Below, in pieces: positions 54,368 to 63,196 of a stretch of 64,000 nucleotides of DNA (the first letter of the stretch is position 1; every line of letters begins with the position of its first letter). The stretch comes from an uncultured Thermoleophilaceae bacterium (GTDB lineage Bacteria > Actinomycetota > Thermoleophilia > Solirubrobacterales > Thermoleophilaceae). The notes beneath the pieces were generated by a model that worked only from the letters and a program-made list of their open reading frames with translations, searched no databases and had not been told where the DNA came from. A program made the position numbers and the translations under genes. The stretch lies in assembly GCA_963720475.1 (NCBI GenBank), contig OY970394.1:619550-683549 (forward strand), read 5' to 3'.

Positions 54368-55984
54368 ATGGAAGCGGCTGCAAAGCTGCAGGCGGGCAGC
54401 AACGGCGCCGCGGGCCCGGCGGCTGCCGAGCTCGAGTCGTTCAACCCGACAACGAGTGAGCGGCTCGGCTCCGTCCCGACCGTCACCCCCGAACAGGTGC
54501 AGGGGATCGTCGACGAGGTCGCCGAGGTGCAGCCGTTCTGGGCGCAGCTGCCGCTGTCGGACCGAGCCCGCTACATGCGCCGCACGGCGCAGGTGCTGAT
54601 CGACTCGCTCGACGAGCTCACCTCGCTGCTCTCCCGCGAGCAGGGAAAGCCGCGCAACGAGTCGTACGTGATGGAGCTGCTGCCGACGATCGACTCGCTC
54701 CACTGGATCGCGGCGAACATCGAGGACATCCTCGGCGACGAGCGGATCCCCCATCCGCAGATCTACCTCAAGCAGAAGAGCTCGAAGTTCAGCTACGAGC
54801 CGCTCGGCGTCGTCGGCGTGATCGCACCGTGGAACTACCCCTGGTCGATCCCGTTCGGAGAGATCGCGATCGCGCTCGCGTGCGGCAACGGGGTGGTGCT
54901 GAAGCCGGCCTCGCTGACGCCGCTGATCGGCCAGCGGATCCAGACGGCGTTCGAGCGCGCCGGAGTGCCCGAGGGTCTCGTCCGCACCGTCCACGGTGGC
55001 GGCGCCGTCGGGCAGGCGCTCGTCGAGTCGAGCGCGGCGAAGATCTTCTTCACCGGCTCCGTCGAGGTCGGGCGCGGGGTGGGCGTCGCCTGCGCGGAGC
55101 GGATGAAGGGCTCGGTGCTCGAGCTCGGCGGAAAGGACGCGCAGATCGTGCTGGCCGACTCCGACCTCGACAACGCGATCTCCGGCTGCCTCTGGGGAGG
55201 CTTCGCCAACGCCGGCCAGACCTGCTCGGGGATCGAGCGCGTTTACGTTGAGCGGGCTGTTGCCGAGCGCTTCGTCGAAGGCGTCGTCGCCGGGGCGCGG
55301 GAGCTCACGGTCGGCGACCCGCTGCGAGGAGACACCGAGATCGGCCCGATGGTCTCTAGCGAGCAGTTCGAGCTCGTGAAGGAGCTGGTCGACGACGCCG
55401 TCGCCAACGGCGCGCAGCTGCACTGCGGCGGACCGACACAGCCCGCGGGCCTCAACGGCGCCTTCTACGCGCCCGCGGTGCTCACCGGCGTGACGCACGA
55501 GATGCGGATCATGCGCGAGGAGATCTTCGGCCCGGTCGTGCCGATCGTGACCGTCGATTCCGAGGACGAGGCGGTCGCGCTCGCGAACGACTCGGAGTTC
55601 GGCCTCGGCGCCTCCGTCTGGACCCTCGATCGCGCGAAGGGCGAGCGGATCGCGCGCCGGATCGAGTCGGGCATGGTCTGGATCAACGATCACATGTACT
55701 CGCACGGCGCTTGCCAGTGCGCGTGGGGCGGCGTGAAGGACTCCGGTCTCGGGCGCGCGCACTCGAAGTTCGGCTTCTACGAATGCGTCAACGTGAAGCT
55801 GCTGGCGTGGGAGCCGTCGCGCACGCGGAACTTCTGGTGGCACCCCTACGACGAGTCGCTCGGTGAGGCGATGCACGCCTCCGCGGAGCTGCTCTACGGC
55901 CGCGACGACGACAAGCTCGCGGCGTTGCGACGTGGCGCGCGGCCGTTGATGAAGGTCGCGGCCAAGATGTTCCGCCGCGGTTGA
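54368..55984 (+). CDS. aldehyde dehydrogenase family protein
   Basis: 538 aa with IAPWNYP, LELGGKDA, GQTCSGIER, EEIFGPV. Confidence 0.85.
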   Translation: MEAAAKLQAGSNGAAGPAAAELESFNPTTSERLGSVPTVTPEQVQGIVDEVAEVQPFWAQLPLSDRARYMRRTAQVLIDSLDELTSLLSREQGKPRNESYVMELLPTIDSLHWIAANIEDILGDERIPHPQIYLKQKSSKFSYEPLGVVGVIAPWNYPWSIPFGEIAIALACGNGVVLKPASLTPLIGQRIQTAFERAGVPEGLVRTVHGGGAVGQALVESSAAKIFFTGSVEVGRGVGVACAERMKGSVLELGGKDAQIVLADSDLDNAISGCLWGGFANAGQTCSGIERVYVERAVAERFVEGVVAGARELTVGDPLRGDTEIGPMVSSEQFELVKELVDDAVANGAQLHCGGPTQPAGLNGAFYAPAVLTGVTHEMRIMREEIFGPVVPIVTVDSEDEAVALANDSEFGLGASVWTLDRAKGERIARRIESGMVWINDHMYSHGACQCAWGGVKDSGLGRAHSKFGFYECVNVKLLAWEPSRTRNFWWHPYDESLGEAMHASAELLYGRDDDKLAALRRGARPLMKVAAKMFRRG

Positions 55985-56034
55985 CCAGACGCTAGCCTCC
56001 TATTACGAGGTTCAGCGACGCGAGGAGGGTTGAG

Positions 56035-56331
56035 ATGCATGCTCGCGTGAGCAGGTTCGCCGGGCTTCCGCCCGAGCGGATCGACGACGTGCTCGAGGAG
56101 TTCCAGCGCGACCAGCTACCGGCGATCGAGACGCAGCCGGGCTTCAAGGGGGTCGTGGTCATGGTTGACCGCACCGACGGCAAGGCGCTCGCGATCACGT
56201 ACTGGGAGACCGAAGACGATCTCCACAACACGGACAAGCTCGCGAAGGCGGCGCGCGACGCGGCCGTCGCCACCGGCGGCCCCGACCGCGAGCCGATGGT
56301 CGAGCGCCACGAGGTGATCTTCGAGAAGTAG
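56035..56331 (+). CDS. small dimeric alpha/beta-barrel (ABM-like) protein
   Basis: 98 aa: MHARVSRFAG...GFKGVVVMVDRTDGKALAITYWETEDDL. The family assignment is tentative. Confidence 0.45.
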   Translation: MHARVSRFAGLPPERIDDVLEEFQRDQLPAIETQPGFKGVVVMVDRTDGKALAITYWETEDDLHNTDKLAKAARDAAVATGGPDREPMVERHEVIFEK

Positions 56332-56436
56332 GTCCCGCTCCGTATCCTTAGGACGATGCCCGCACAGGCCTATGCAGGTAAGGAATGCGTGTGCCAGCTC
56401 CGCAGAGGGGTCTGCGACCAGAGCTGTGTCCAGGGG

Positions 56437-57093
56437 ATGCTCGACACCCCGTTCTACATCGCCTGCCTGCAGCTCACGGGCCGTCGCTGCGTCGTGATCG
56501 GCGGCGGCGAGGTCGGGCTCGAGAAGGTCGAGGGGCTGCTCGTCTGTGGCGCGAAGGTGACCCTGATCGCGCCGGATGCGATCGAGCCGCTGCGCGAGCT
56601 CGCATCCGAGGGCTCGATCCGCTGGGAGCAGCGCGAGTACGACAGCGCCGACCTCGAAGGCACGCTGCTCGTGATCGCCGCGACCGACGACACGGAGGTG
56701 AACATCCGCATCTACGAGGACGCCGAGCGCGAGGGCAGGCTCGTGAACGTCGTCGACGTGCCGCCGCTGTGCAGCTTTATCCTGCCTGCGATCTACCGCT
56801 CTGGCCCGCTCGCGATCGCGATCTCGACGGCCGGCGCAAGCCCAGCCCTTGCGAAGCGGATCCGCACCGAGATCGCGGCTGAATACGGCGAGCCCTACGC
56901 GCGTCTCGCGGAGCTGCTCAACGATGTCCGCGGCTGGGCGAAGGGGACGCTGCCGACCTACCAGGACCGCAAGGCCTTCTTCGAGTCGATCGTCAACGGC
57001 GAGCCCGACCCGGTCGAGCTCCTGCGCCAGGGCGACGAGCGCGCCGTTCGCGACCTGATCGCTGCGGCCCAGGACGCCGCGGTCCCGGCCTGA
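56437..57093 (+). CDS. sirC: precorrin-2 dehydrogenase / sirohydrochlorin ferrochelatase (SirC / CysG N-terminal type)
   Basis: The internal ATG 56437 gives [31 protein letters not shown] (Rossmann). [30 protein letters not shown]. Confidence 0.8.
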   Translation: MLDTPFYIACLQLTGRRCVVIGGGEVGLEKVEGLLVCGAKVTLIAPDAIEPLRELASEGSIRWEQREYDSADLEGTLLVIAATDDTEVNIRIYEDAEREGRLVNVVDVPPLCSFILPAIYRSGPLAIAISTAGASPALAKRIRTEIAAEYGEPYARLAELLNDVRGWAKGTLPTYQDRKAFFESIVNGEPDPVELLRQGDERAVRDLIAAAQDAAVPA

Positions 57094-57581
57094 GCGGCGC
57101 GATCGCGGAGCTCTCACATCTCGACGAGGAAGGCCGCGCGCGGATGGTGGACGTCGGCGCGAAGGACGCGACCGACCGCCGTGCCGTCGCACGGGCGACC
57201 GTGCGGATGACGCCCGAGACGGCCGCCGTTGTGGCCGCGGGCGACGCGCCCAAGGGTGACGTCGTCTCGACCGCGCGTCTCGCCGGCATCCAGGCCGCCA
57301 AGCGGACCGCAGAGCTCGTGCCGCTGTGCCACCCCCTGCCGCTGTCGTTCGTCGACGTGGACATCGCGGTCAACGCCGAGTCCGGCGAGATCGCGATCTC
57401 CTCCGAGGCGCGCACGACCGCGCAGACCGGCGTCGAGATGGAGGCGATGACAGCGTGCGCCGTCGCCGCGGTGACGGTCTACGACATGGTCAAGGGGATC
57501 GAGCGCGGCGTCGAGATCGAGCGGGTGCGCCTAATCGAGAAGTCCGGCGGCCGCCACGACTGGCGCGCCGAGGACGCCTAG
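57090..57581 (+). CDS. moaC: cyclic pyranopterin monophosphate synthase MoaC (start codon unresolved)
   Basis: [19 protein letters not shown]...[22 protein letters not shown]...GVEMEAMTA. Conserved residues extend upstream of the first ATG (57144). The only in-frame near-cognate start is CTG 57090, overlapping the sirC TGA. Confidence 0.8.
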   Translation: MSGAIAELSHLDEEGRARMVDVGAKDATDRRAVARATVRMTPETAAVVAAGDAPKGDVVSTARLAGIQAAKRTAELVPLCHPLPLSFVDVDIAVNAESGEIAISSEARTTAQTGVEMEAMTACAVAAVTVYDMVKGIERGVEIERVRLIEKSGGRHDWRAEDA

Positions 57582-57588
57582 GCGCACC

Positions 57589-58053
57589 GTGCGCGCGGCG
57601 GTGCTCACCGTCTCGACGTCGGTCGCAGCGGGCGAGTCACCCGACGAGTCCGGGCCGGCGCTGGCCGAGCTATGCCGGGAGGCGGGCCTCGAGACGATCG
57701 AGGAGACCGTCACCGACGAGCGCGCAGCGATCGTGACGGCGCTCAAACGGCTCGCCGACGACGAGGGTGTCCGCTTCGTCTTCACCACCGGTGGCACGGG
57801 CCTGACGATCGACGACGTGACCCCCGAGGCCACGCGCGACGTGATCGACCGCGAGGCGCCGGGCTATGCGGAGGCGATCCGCCTCGAAGCGCGGCACCAC
57901 ACGCCGCTCGGACTCCTGACACGCGGGATCGCGGGGATCCGTCGCCGCACCTTGATCGTGAACCTGCCGGGGTCGCCGAAGGCGATCGGCCAGTCGTGGC
58001 CGATCATCGAGCCGACGCTGCGCCACGCAGCCGAGACGCTCGAGCGGGACTAG
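57589..58053 (+). CDS. MoaB/MogA family molybdenum cofactor biosynthesis protein
   Basis: 154 aa with FTTGGTGLTIDDVTPEAT and NLPGSPKA. Confidence 0.85.
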   Translation: MRAAVLTVSTSVAAGESPDESGPALAELCREAGLETIEETVTDERAAIVTALKRLADDEGVRFVFTTGGTGLTIDDVTPEATRDVIDREAPGYAEAIRLEARHHTPLGLLTRGIAGIRRRTLIVNLPGSPKAIGQSWPIIEPTLRHAAETLERD

Positions 58054-58062
58054 CCGGCGCCG

Positions 58063-59403
58063 CTAGCCGCGCAGCTCGAGCGTGCCGCCGCGGAGCGTCT
58101 TGCCGTTTGGCTCCCTGGTCGAGATCTCGACCGCCACGGTGAGGGAGTTTTCGTCGGTGTCTCCGACGGCCTGCCTGCCGCGGTCGTTGAGCGTGACCTT
58201 GACCTTGGCCGTCTTGCCAGCAGCGATGCTGTAGGACTCCTTGCCCAGCAACTCGCCGTTGCTCTTGAGCCTGACGGTGCCCTTGCAACCGCCGGTCTCC
58301 TCCTCCGAGCAGGTGACGCGCGGGCTGACGCCGCCGCTTTCGCCGCTCACCTTCGCGGACTCGGACACGAGCTCGGCGCCCGAGCGCTCGCAGTCCTCCG
58401 AGACCCCGTCCCTCGCGTCCGCGAGTGCCTGGTCGGCGTCGCCGGCGTCGCACTCGAGGCGGTCCTTGGCCTTGTTGAAGGAGGTGCGCAGGACGTCGTT
58501 GTCGTCGCCGCCGTGGAGGGTGTTGCGGCCGGCATCCCCAAACAGCTGGTCGAGGCCCTCCTCGCCGAACAGCTTGTCGCCGCCGGGGCCGCCGCGGATC
58601 TGGTCGTCCCCGGGGCCGCCGTTGAGTCGGTTGGCGGTGGTGTCGCCGACTATGAAGTCGTGGCCGCGGCCGGTGATGACGTTCTCGGTCTGGACGTTGT
58701 CCTGCTCCCCGAGGGCGGTGTCGCCGTCGTTCGCCAGACGGTCGAGCGTCACGCGCAGGTTGTCGCCGTTCCCGCGTCCCTCGTAGTGGGCGGTGTCGTT
58801 GCCCGGGCCGCCGACAAGCGTGTCGTTGCCGCTGGGATCGGCATCGAAGTTGTTGCTGAAGGCGTCAATAATGCTGCCGTCCCCCAGGTGGTCGTCGCCG
58901 CCGCCGCCGTCGAGGATGTCGTTGCCGCCCGCCGTACCTGTGTCGGCGCCGCCCCAGATGTACTCGGAGCCGGAGCCGCCGAGGATCGTGTCGTTGCCGG
59001 CCTGCCCGTTGTGACCGTAGGTGCCGCCGAAGAAGTCCTGCCGCTGGGTGCCGAAGGTGGTGTTGTTGATGAAGACGTCGTCGCCCGCGGCGAGGAACGA
59101 GTCGATGTAGTGGATGCGCCGCTGGTTCGCGCCCGTCGGGTCGAGCGGACACTGGGCAGCGTTGGGGCCGTTCTGCGTGCATGGGAAGACTGCATTGATC
59201 GTCGTATTGCCTTCCGCGATGTTGAAGAAGGCGCCGTCGAACGACACGGTGAGGTGGTTGGCAGTGTTGTCGCCCGCGATCGTGAGCGTGCCGCCAAACA
59301 CCTGTGCCACGCTGGCTGCGTTCGCGGCCTGGGGAGCGGCCGCCAGCGCGGCCAGCGCGATCGTGCAGCCGAGCGTGATACGCGCCTTGCGTCCCAGAGT
59401 CAT
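58063..59403 (-). CDS. secreted RTX-repeat (hemolysin-type calcium-binding) protein with C-terminal Ig-like domain
   Basis: MTLGRKARITLGCTIALAALAAAPQAANA signal. GGSGSEYIWGG, GGNDILDGGGGDDHLGDG, GGPGNDTAHY, GGPGDDQIRGGPGGDKLFG. Confidence 0.8.
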   Translation of the reverse strand: MTLGRKARITLGCTIALAALAAAPQAANAASVAQVFGGTLTIAGDNTANHLTVSFDGAFFNIAEGNTTINAVFPCTQNGPNAAQCPLDPTGANQRRIHYIDSFLAAGDDVFINNTTFGTQRQDFFGGTYGHNGQAGNDTILGGSGSEYIWGGADTGTAGGNDILDGGGGDDHLGDGSIIDAFSNNFDADPSGNDTLVGGPGNDTAHYEGRGNGDNLRVTLDRLANDGDTALGEQDNVQTENVITGRGHDFIVGDTTANRLNGGPGDDQIRGGPGGDKLFGEEGLDQLFGDAGRNTLHGGDDNDVLRTSFNKAKDRLECDAGDADQALADARDGVSEDCERSGAELVSESAKVSGESGGVSPRVTCSEEETGGCKGTVRLKSNGELLGKESYSIAAGKTAKVKVTLNDRGRQAVGDTDENSLTVAVEISTREPNGKTLRGGTLELRG

Positions 59404-59514
59404 CTGAACCCTCCCCGTAGCGGATCGATGAAACCTTCCTATCACGGCCGACGGGGTGATCGCAACCCCTTGACAGGGGGCTTGTCAGCCGCGCCCCGAT
59501 AGCTTGCGCCGGCG

Positions 59515-60186
59515 ATGGCGATCGCGATCGAGCTCGACTCGCTCGAGCGGCGCTTCGGCGAGCGCCCGGCGCTCGCCGGGGTGTCGCTGTCCGTCGAGGA
59601 AGGTCAGACGCTGGTCGTCTTCGGCCCCAACGGCGCCGGCAAGACGACGCTTCTGCGTGTGCTCGCCACCCTGCTCCGCCCGCACGCCGGCGAGGCGCGC
59701 GTGCTCGGCGCCGAGCTGCCGAAGGAGGCGTGGCGCGTTCGCAGCTCGGCCGGCTACCTCGGGCACGAGCCGCTCCTCTACCGCGACCTGAGCGCGCGCG
59801 AGAACCTCCGCTTCCACGCTCGCCTCCACCGGGTCGGTGCCGCCCGCGTCGACGAGGTGCTCGACGCCGTCGGGCTCTCCGCACGCTCAGACGATCCGGT
59901 GCGCGAGCTCTCACGCGGGATGGTCCAGCGTGCGGCCGCGGCCCGAGCGGTGCTCCACGATCCGGCCCTGCTGCTGCTCGACGAGCCGCTCGCCGGCCTC
60001 GATCCGGCGGCAGCAGCTGCGCTCGAGCCCCTGATCGGCACCTCGTCGGGCCGCACGCGCGTGGTCGTCACCCACGACGTCGAGACCGGCCTGCGCGAGG
60101 CCGACGTCGCGCTCGGTCTGCGCGCGGGGCGCCAGCGCTTCGCGGGCAAGGCGACGCGTGAGCAGGTCGAGGAGCTGTACGGCTGA
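59515..60186 (+). CDS. ccmA: heme-exporter ABC ATPase CcmA
   Basis: GPNGAGKTTLLR, LSRGMVQRAAAARA, LLLDEPLAGLD. The call is supported by adjacency to ccmB and ccmC. Confidence 0.75.
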   Translation: MAIAIELDSLERRFGERPALAGVSLSVEEGQTLVVFGPNGAGKTTLLRVLATLLRPHAGEARVLGAELPKEAWRVRSSAGYLGHEPLLYRDLSARENLRFHARLHRVGAARVDEVLDAVGLSARSDDPVRELSRGMVQRAAAARAVLHDPALLLLDEPLAGLDPAAAAALEPLIGTSSGRTRVVVTHDVETGLREADVALGLRAGRQRFAGKATREQVEELYG

Positions 60187-60860
60187 TGTTCCGCGACGCC
60201 TGGACGATCCTCCGCAAGGACCTGCTGATCGAGCTGCGCGTGCGCGAGTCGGTGCCCGCGATGGCGCTCTTCTCGGTGACCGTCTTCGTCCTGTTCCACT
60301 TCGGCCTCGGGCGCGACTCGCTCGACGGCGACCTCGCCTCCGGGGTGATCTGGGTGACGCTGCTGCTCGCGTCGGTGATCGCGGTCGGGAGGCTTTTCGC
60401 GATCGAACGCGACCAGGGCGGTCTCGAGGGGATCCTGCTCGCGCCGATCGACCGCACCGCGGTCTGGATCGCGAAGGCGGCCGCGCTGCTGCTCTACCTC
60501 GTCGTGCTCGAGCTCGTCGCGCTGCCCGCCTTCTCGCTCCTGCTGCTCGGACCCGACCTGCTCGACGCGATGCCCGAGCTGCTCGCGATCATCGTCCTCG
60601 CCGACATCGGGATCGCGGCGGTCGGCGCCCTCGTCGCCGGGCTGGCCGCCGAGACGCGCGCGCGTGAGCTGATCGTCCCGCTGCTGCTGCTGCCGCTGCT
60701 CGTGCCGGTAGTGATCGCGGCCGCATCCGCCTCCGAACCGCTGCTGGGCGCGAACGCCCAAGCGGAGGACCTCGGCAAGTGGCTGGGACTACTCGCTCTC
60801 TACGATATGACGTTCGTGCTGATCTCGATCGCGGTCTTCGACTACCTGCTGGAGGATTAG
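60186..60860 (+). CDS. ccmB: heme exporter permease CcmB
   Basis: 224 aa with 6 hydrophobic segments. Its ATG overlaps the ccmA TGA. FAIERDQGGLEGILLAP region. Confidence 0.75.
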   Translation: MFRDAWTILRKDLLIELRVRESVPAMALFSVTVFVLFHFGLGRDSLDGDLASGVIWVTLLLASVIAVGRLFAIERDQGGLEGILLAPIDRTAVWIAKAAALLLYLVVLELVALPAFSLLLLGPDLLDAMPELLAIIVLADIGIAAVGALVAGLAAETRARELIVPLLLLPLLVPVVIAAASASEPLLGANAQAEDLGKWLGLLALYDMTFVLISIAVFDYLLED

Positions 60861-60861
60861 G

Positions 60862-61626
60862 GTGGCTCCGCTCTTCGGACGGGGGCTGCGCACGCTCGCG
60901 ATCGTTACCGCCGTCGCCCTCGCGGCCGCGCTCGCGCTGGTCTTCTTCTACGCCCCGATCGACGCCGACCAGGGCTTCGTCCAGAAGATCTTCTACATCC
61001 ACGTGCCGATGGCGATCGTCGCGCTCGGCGGCTGGGTCGCCGGCGGTGTGATGGCGATCAAGTACCTGCGCACGCGCGACCGGGCGTGGGACGCACGCGC
61101 CTACGTCGCCATCCACCTGTCCCTGATCCTCGGCCTCGGCGTCCTCGCCACGGGGATGATCTGGGCGAAGGCGTCGTGGGGCCACTGGTGGGTCTGGGAC
61201 GAGCCGGTGCTCGTGTCGTTCCTGATCGTCTTCCTTCTCTACTGCACCTATCAGCCGCTGCGCTTCTCGATCGAGGACCCCGAGCGCCAGGCCCGCTACG
61301 CGTCGGTGTTCGCGATCGCCGCGGGCGCATTCGTGCCGCTCAACTTCATCGCCGTGCGGATGGCCGAGCAGTTCACGCACCCGCGCGTGCTGTCGAAGAC
61401 GGGTGGCGAGCTGCCTGGCGACATGCGGCTGACCTTCATCGTCGCCCTGATCGCGATGGCGCTCCTGTTCACGACCCTGTGGAAGCTCGAGCTGACCTCG
61501 AAGAACGCGCGCGACCAGCTTCGCCGGCTCAAGCGCGGCCTCGAGCTCGAGGCGGAGCAGTCCGGCGACGCTGCCCCGCCGGACGAGCGCGCCGTGGCGC
61601 CCGCGCCCGCGGCGGGCGGGAGCTGA
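60862..61626 (+). CDS. ccmC: heme exporter protein CcmC
   Basis: FYIHVPMAIV (first His), tryptophan-rich WGHWWVWDE motif, EQFTHPRV (second His). Confidence 0.85.
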   Translation: MAPLFGRGLRTLAIVTAVALAAALALVFFYAPIDADQGFVQKIFYIHVPMAIVALGGWVAGGVMAIKYLRTRDRAWDARAYVAIHLSLILGLGVLATGMIWAKASWGHWWVWDEPVLVSFLIVFLLYCTYQPLRFSIEDPERQARYASVFAIAAGAFVPLNFIAVRMAEQFTHPRVLSKTGGELPGDMRLTFIVALIAMALLFTTLWKLELTSKNARDQLRRLKRGLELEAEQSGDAAPPDERAVAPAPAAGGS

Positions 61627-61630
61627 TCGG

Positions 61631-61804
61631 GTGCCTGCGCTGCCGCTCGACGAGGCGGGCAAGTACGTCGCCGGCGCCTACGCCGTGTTCGTCGTCCTGA
61701 TCGTGGTCTACGTCGCTGTGATCGGCGCGCGCGTGGCGCGCCTCGAGCGCGAGCTGCGTACGCTCGGCGAGCTGATGGCAAAACGCAGCGGGGAGAAATC
61801 GTGA
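61631..61804 (+). CDS. ccmD: CcmD-like small single-TM protein (57 aa, below the ORF-track length cutoff)
   Basis: Hand translation: VPALPLDEAGKYVAGAYAVFVVLIVVYVAVIGARVARLERELRTLGELMAKRSGEKS. GTG lies 4 nt after the ccmC stop, and its TGA overlaps the hemA GTG (GTGA). Confidence 0.6.
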   Translation: MPALPLDEAGKYVAGAYAVFVVLIVVYVAVIGARVARLERELRTLGELMAKRSGEKS

Positions 61805-63174
61805 ACGGCCTGCTCGCGCTCGGCGCGTCGCACAAGACAGCCGACCTCGCGCTGCGCGAGCGCCTGGCGCTGCCCGAGGGCCGAGCCGCGCGCGTGCTCG
61901 CCGAGCTGACCGAGCACGAGGAGATCCGCGAGGCCGTCGCGATCTCCACCTGCAACCGCACCGAGCTCTACCTCTTCGCCGCCGACGAGGTGGAGGCCGA
62001 GAACCTCGCCCTCGGCGCGCTCTCGCGCCAGGCGGGCGTCCCGCCGACGGAGCTCCTCGGACGCCTCTACGCACTGCGCGCGGGCGACGCCGTTCGCCAC
62101 CTGCTCGGGGTCGCCGCAGGCCTCGACTCGATGATCGTCGGCGAGGCCGAGGTGCAGGGCCAGGTCAAGCGCGCGTACGAGCTGGCGCTCGTCGAGGGCG
62201 CGACCGGCCCGGTCACGAACCGCCTCTTCCGCGACGCGATTGTCGCCGGCAAGCGAGTCCGCACCGAGACGGCGGTCGGCCGCTCGCGCGTGTCGGTCTC
62301 GACAGTGGCCGTCGAGCTGGCGGCGAACCTGCTCGGCGACCTCGCGAAGCGCCGTGTGCTCGTCATCGGCGCGGGCGAGAACGGCTACCTCACCGCCGAG
62401 GCACTCCACCGCAGCGGTGTCCACACGGTCTTCGTCGCGAACCGCCACTACGACCGCGCCATCGGGCTCGCGCAGCAGTTCGACGGCTCAGCCGTGCGCT
62501 TCGACGACCTCCCGGGCGAGCTCGCGAGCACGGACATCGTCGTCAGCTGCACCGCCTCGCCGCACCAGATCATCGGTCGCGACGAGCTCGCGATGGTCGT
62601 CCAGCAGCGGGCGGGCCGGCCGCTGCTGATGATCGACATCGCAGTGCCGCGCGACATCGATCCCGCGGTCCGCGACCTGTCGGGGATCTCGCTCTACGAC
62701 ATGGACGACCTCCAGCGCGAGGTGGCGCGCAATCTCGAGGTGCGCGAGGCCGAGACGTTCAAGGGGCGGCGGATCGTCGAGGACGAGGCGGAGCGCTTCG
62801 AGCGCTGGTTCGCGAGCCTGGACGTGGTACCGACCATCTCGGCGCTGCGCGAGCGTGCCGACGACATCGTCGAGCTGGTGCTACGCGAGAACGAGGCACG
62901 CTGGGAGTCGCTCTCGGAGCCCGATCGCGAGCGGCTCACCCAGATGGCGCGAACGATCGTGTCGCGGTTCCTGCACGAGCCCACGCTGCGGTTGAAGCGC
63001 GCCGCCGACGACGAGTCCGCCTACCGCTATGTGCAGGCCCTGCGCGAACTGTTCGGGCTCGACGGCGCCGGCCTGCTGGCGAACAACCCGGCGGCGATCG
63101 ACCTCGATGCCGAGGCTAAGGGCGCCGACGTGACCTCGCTCGACTCGCACCGGCGCAAGCCGACGGGCTCCTAG
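61801..63174 (+). CDS. hemA: glutamyl-tRNA reductase
   Basis: LGASHKTADLALRERLAL, STCNRTELY, GLDSMIVGEAEVQGQVK, VIGAGENG. Confidence 0.92.
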   Translation: MNGLLALGASHKTADLALRERLALPEGRAARVLAELTEHEEIREAVAISTCNRTELYLFAADEVEAENLALGALSRQAGVPPTELLGRLYALRAGDAVRHLLGVAAGLDSMIVGEAEVQGQVKRAYELALVEGATGPVTNRLFRDAIVAGKRVRTETAVGRSRVSVSTVAVELAANLLGDLAKRRVLVIGAGENGYLTAEALHRSGVHTVFVANRHYDRAIGLAQQFDGSAVRFDDLPGELASTDIVVSCTASPHQIIGRDELAMVVQQRAGRPLLMIDIAVPRDIDPAVRDLSGISLYDMDDLQREVARNLEVREAETFKGRRIVEDEAERFERWFASLDVVPTISALRERADDIVELVLRENEARWESLSEPDRERLTQMARTIVSRFLHEPTLRLKRAADDESAYRYVQALRELFGLDGAGLLANNPAAIDLDAEAKGADVTSLDSHRRKPTGS

Positions 63175-63196
63175 CGCGTCCGCGGAGCGCGGCGCG

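Noticed and set aside
54299-55876. N-terminal 526 aa of track ORF 52850..55876. The same applies to the upstream extensions of ORFs 37943..40672, 14836..18567, 1882..4440, 20419..21771, 19970..20872 and 4462..5556.
   Set aside because: Only the distal parts show protein-like sequence, signal peptides or catalytic motifs. The extensions overlap well-supported genes on the opposite strand or in other frames and have junk composition. Internal starts were chosen instead.
56332-56436. 105-nt region upstream of sirC-moaC-moaB as a possible Moco or cobalamin riboswitch.
   Set aside because: It is too short for the Moco motif (roughly 140 nt), and I could find only weak 4-5 bp pairings and no recognisable conserved core. 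No call can be supported by eye.
59470-59505. Perfect TTGACA -35 hexamer upstream of ccmA.
   Set aside because: No TANNNT hexamer lies 16-19 nt downstream. The nearest one (TAGCTT at 59500) is 24 nt away, so I cannot support a specific promoter call.
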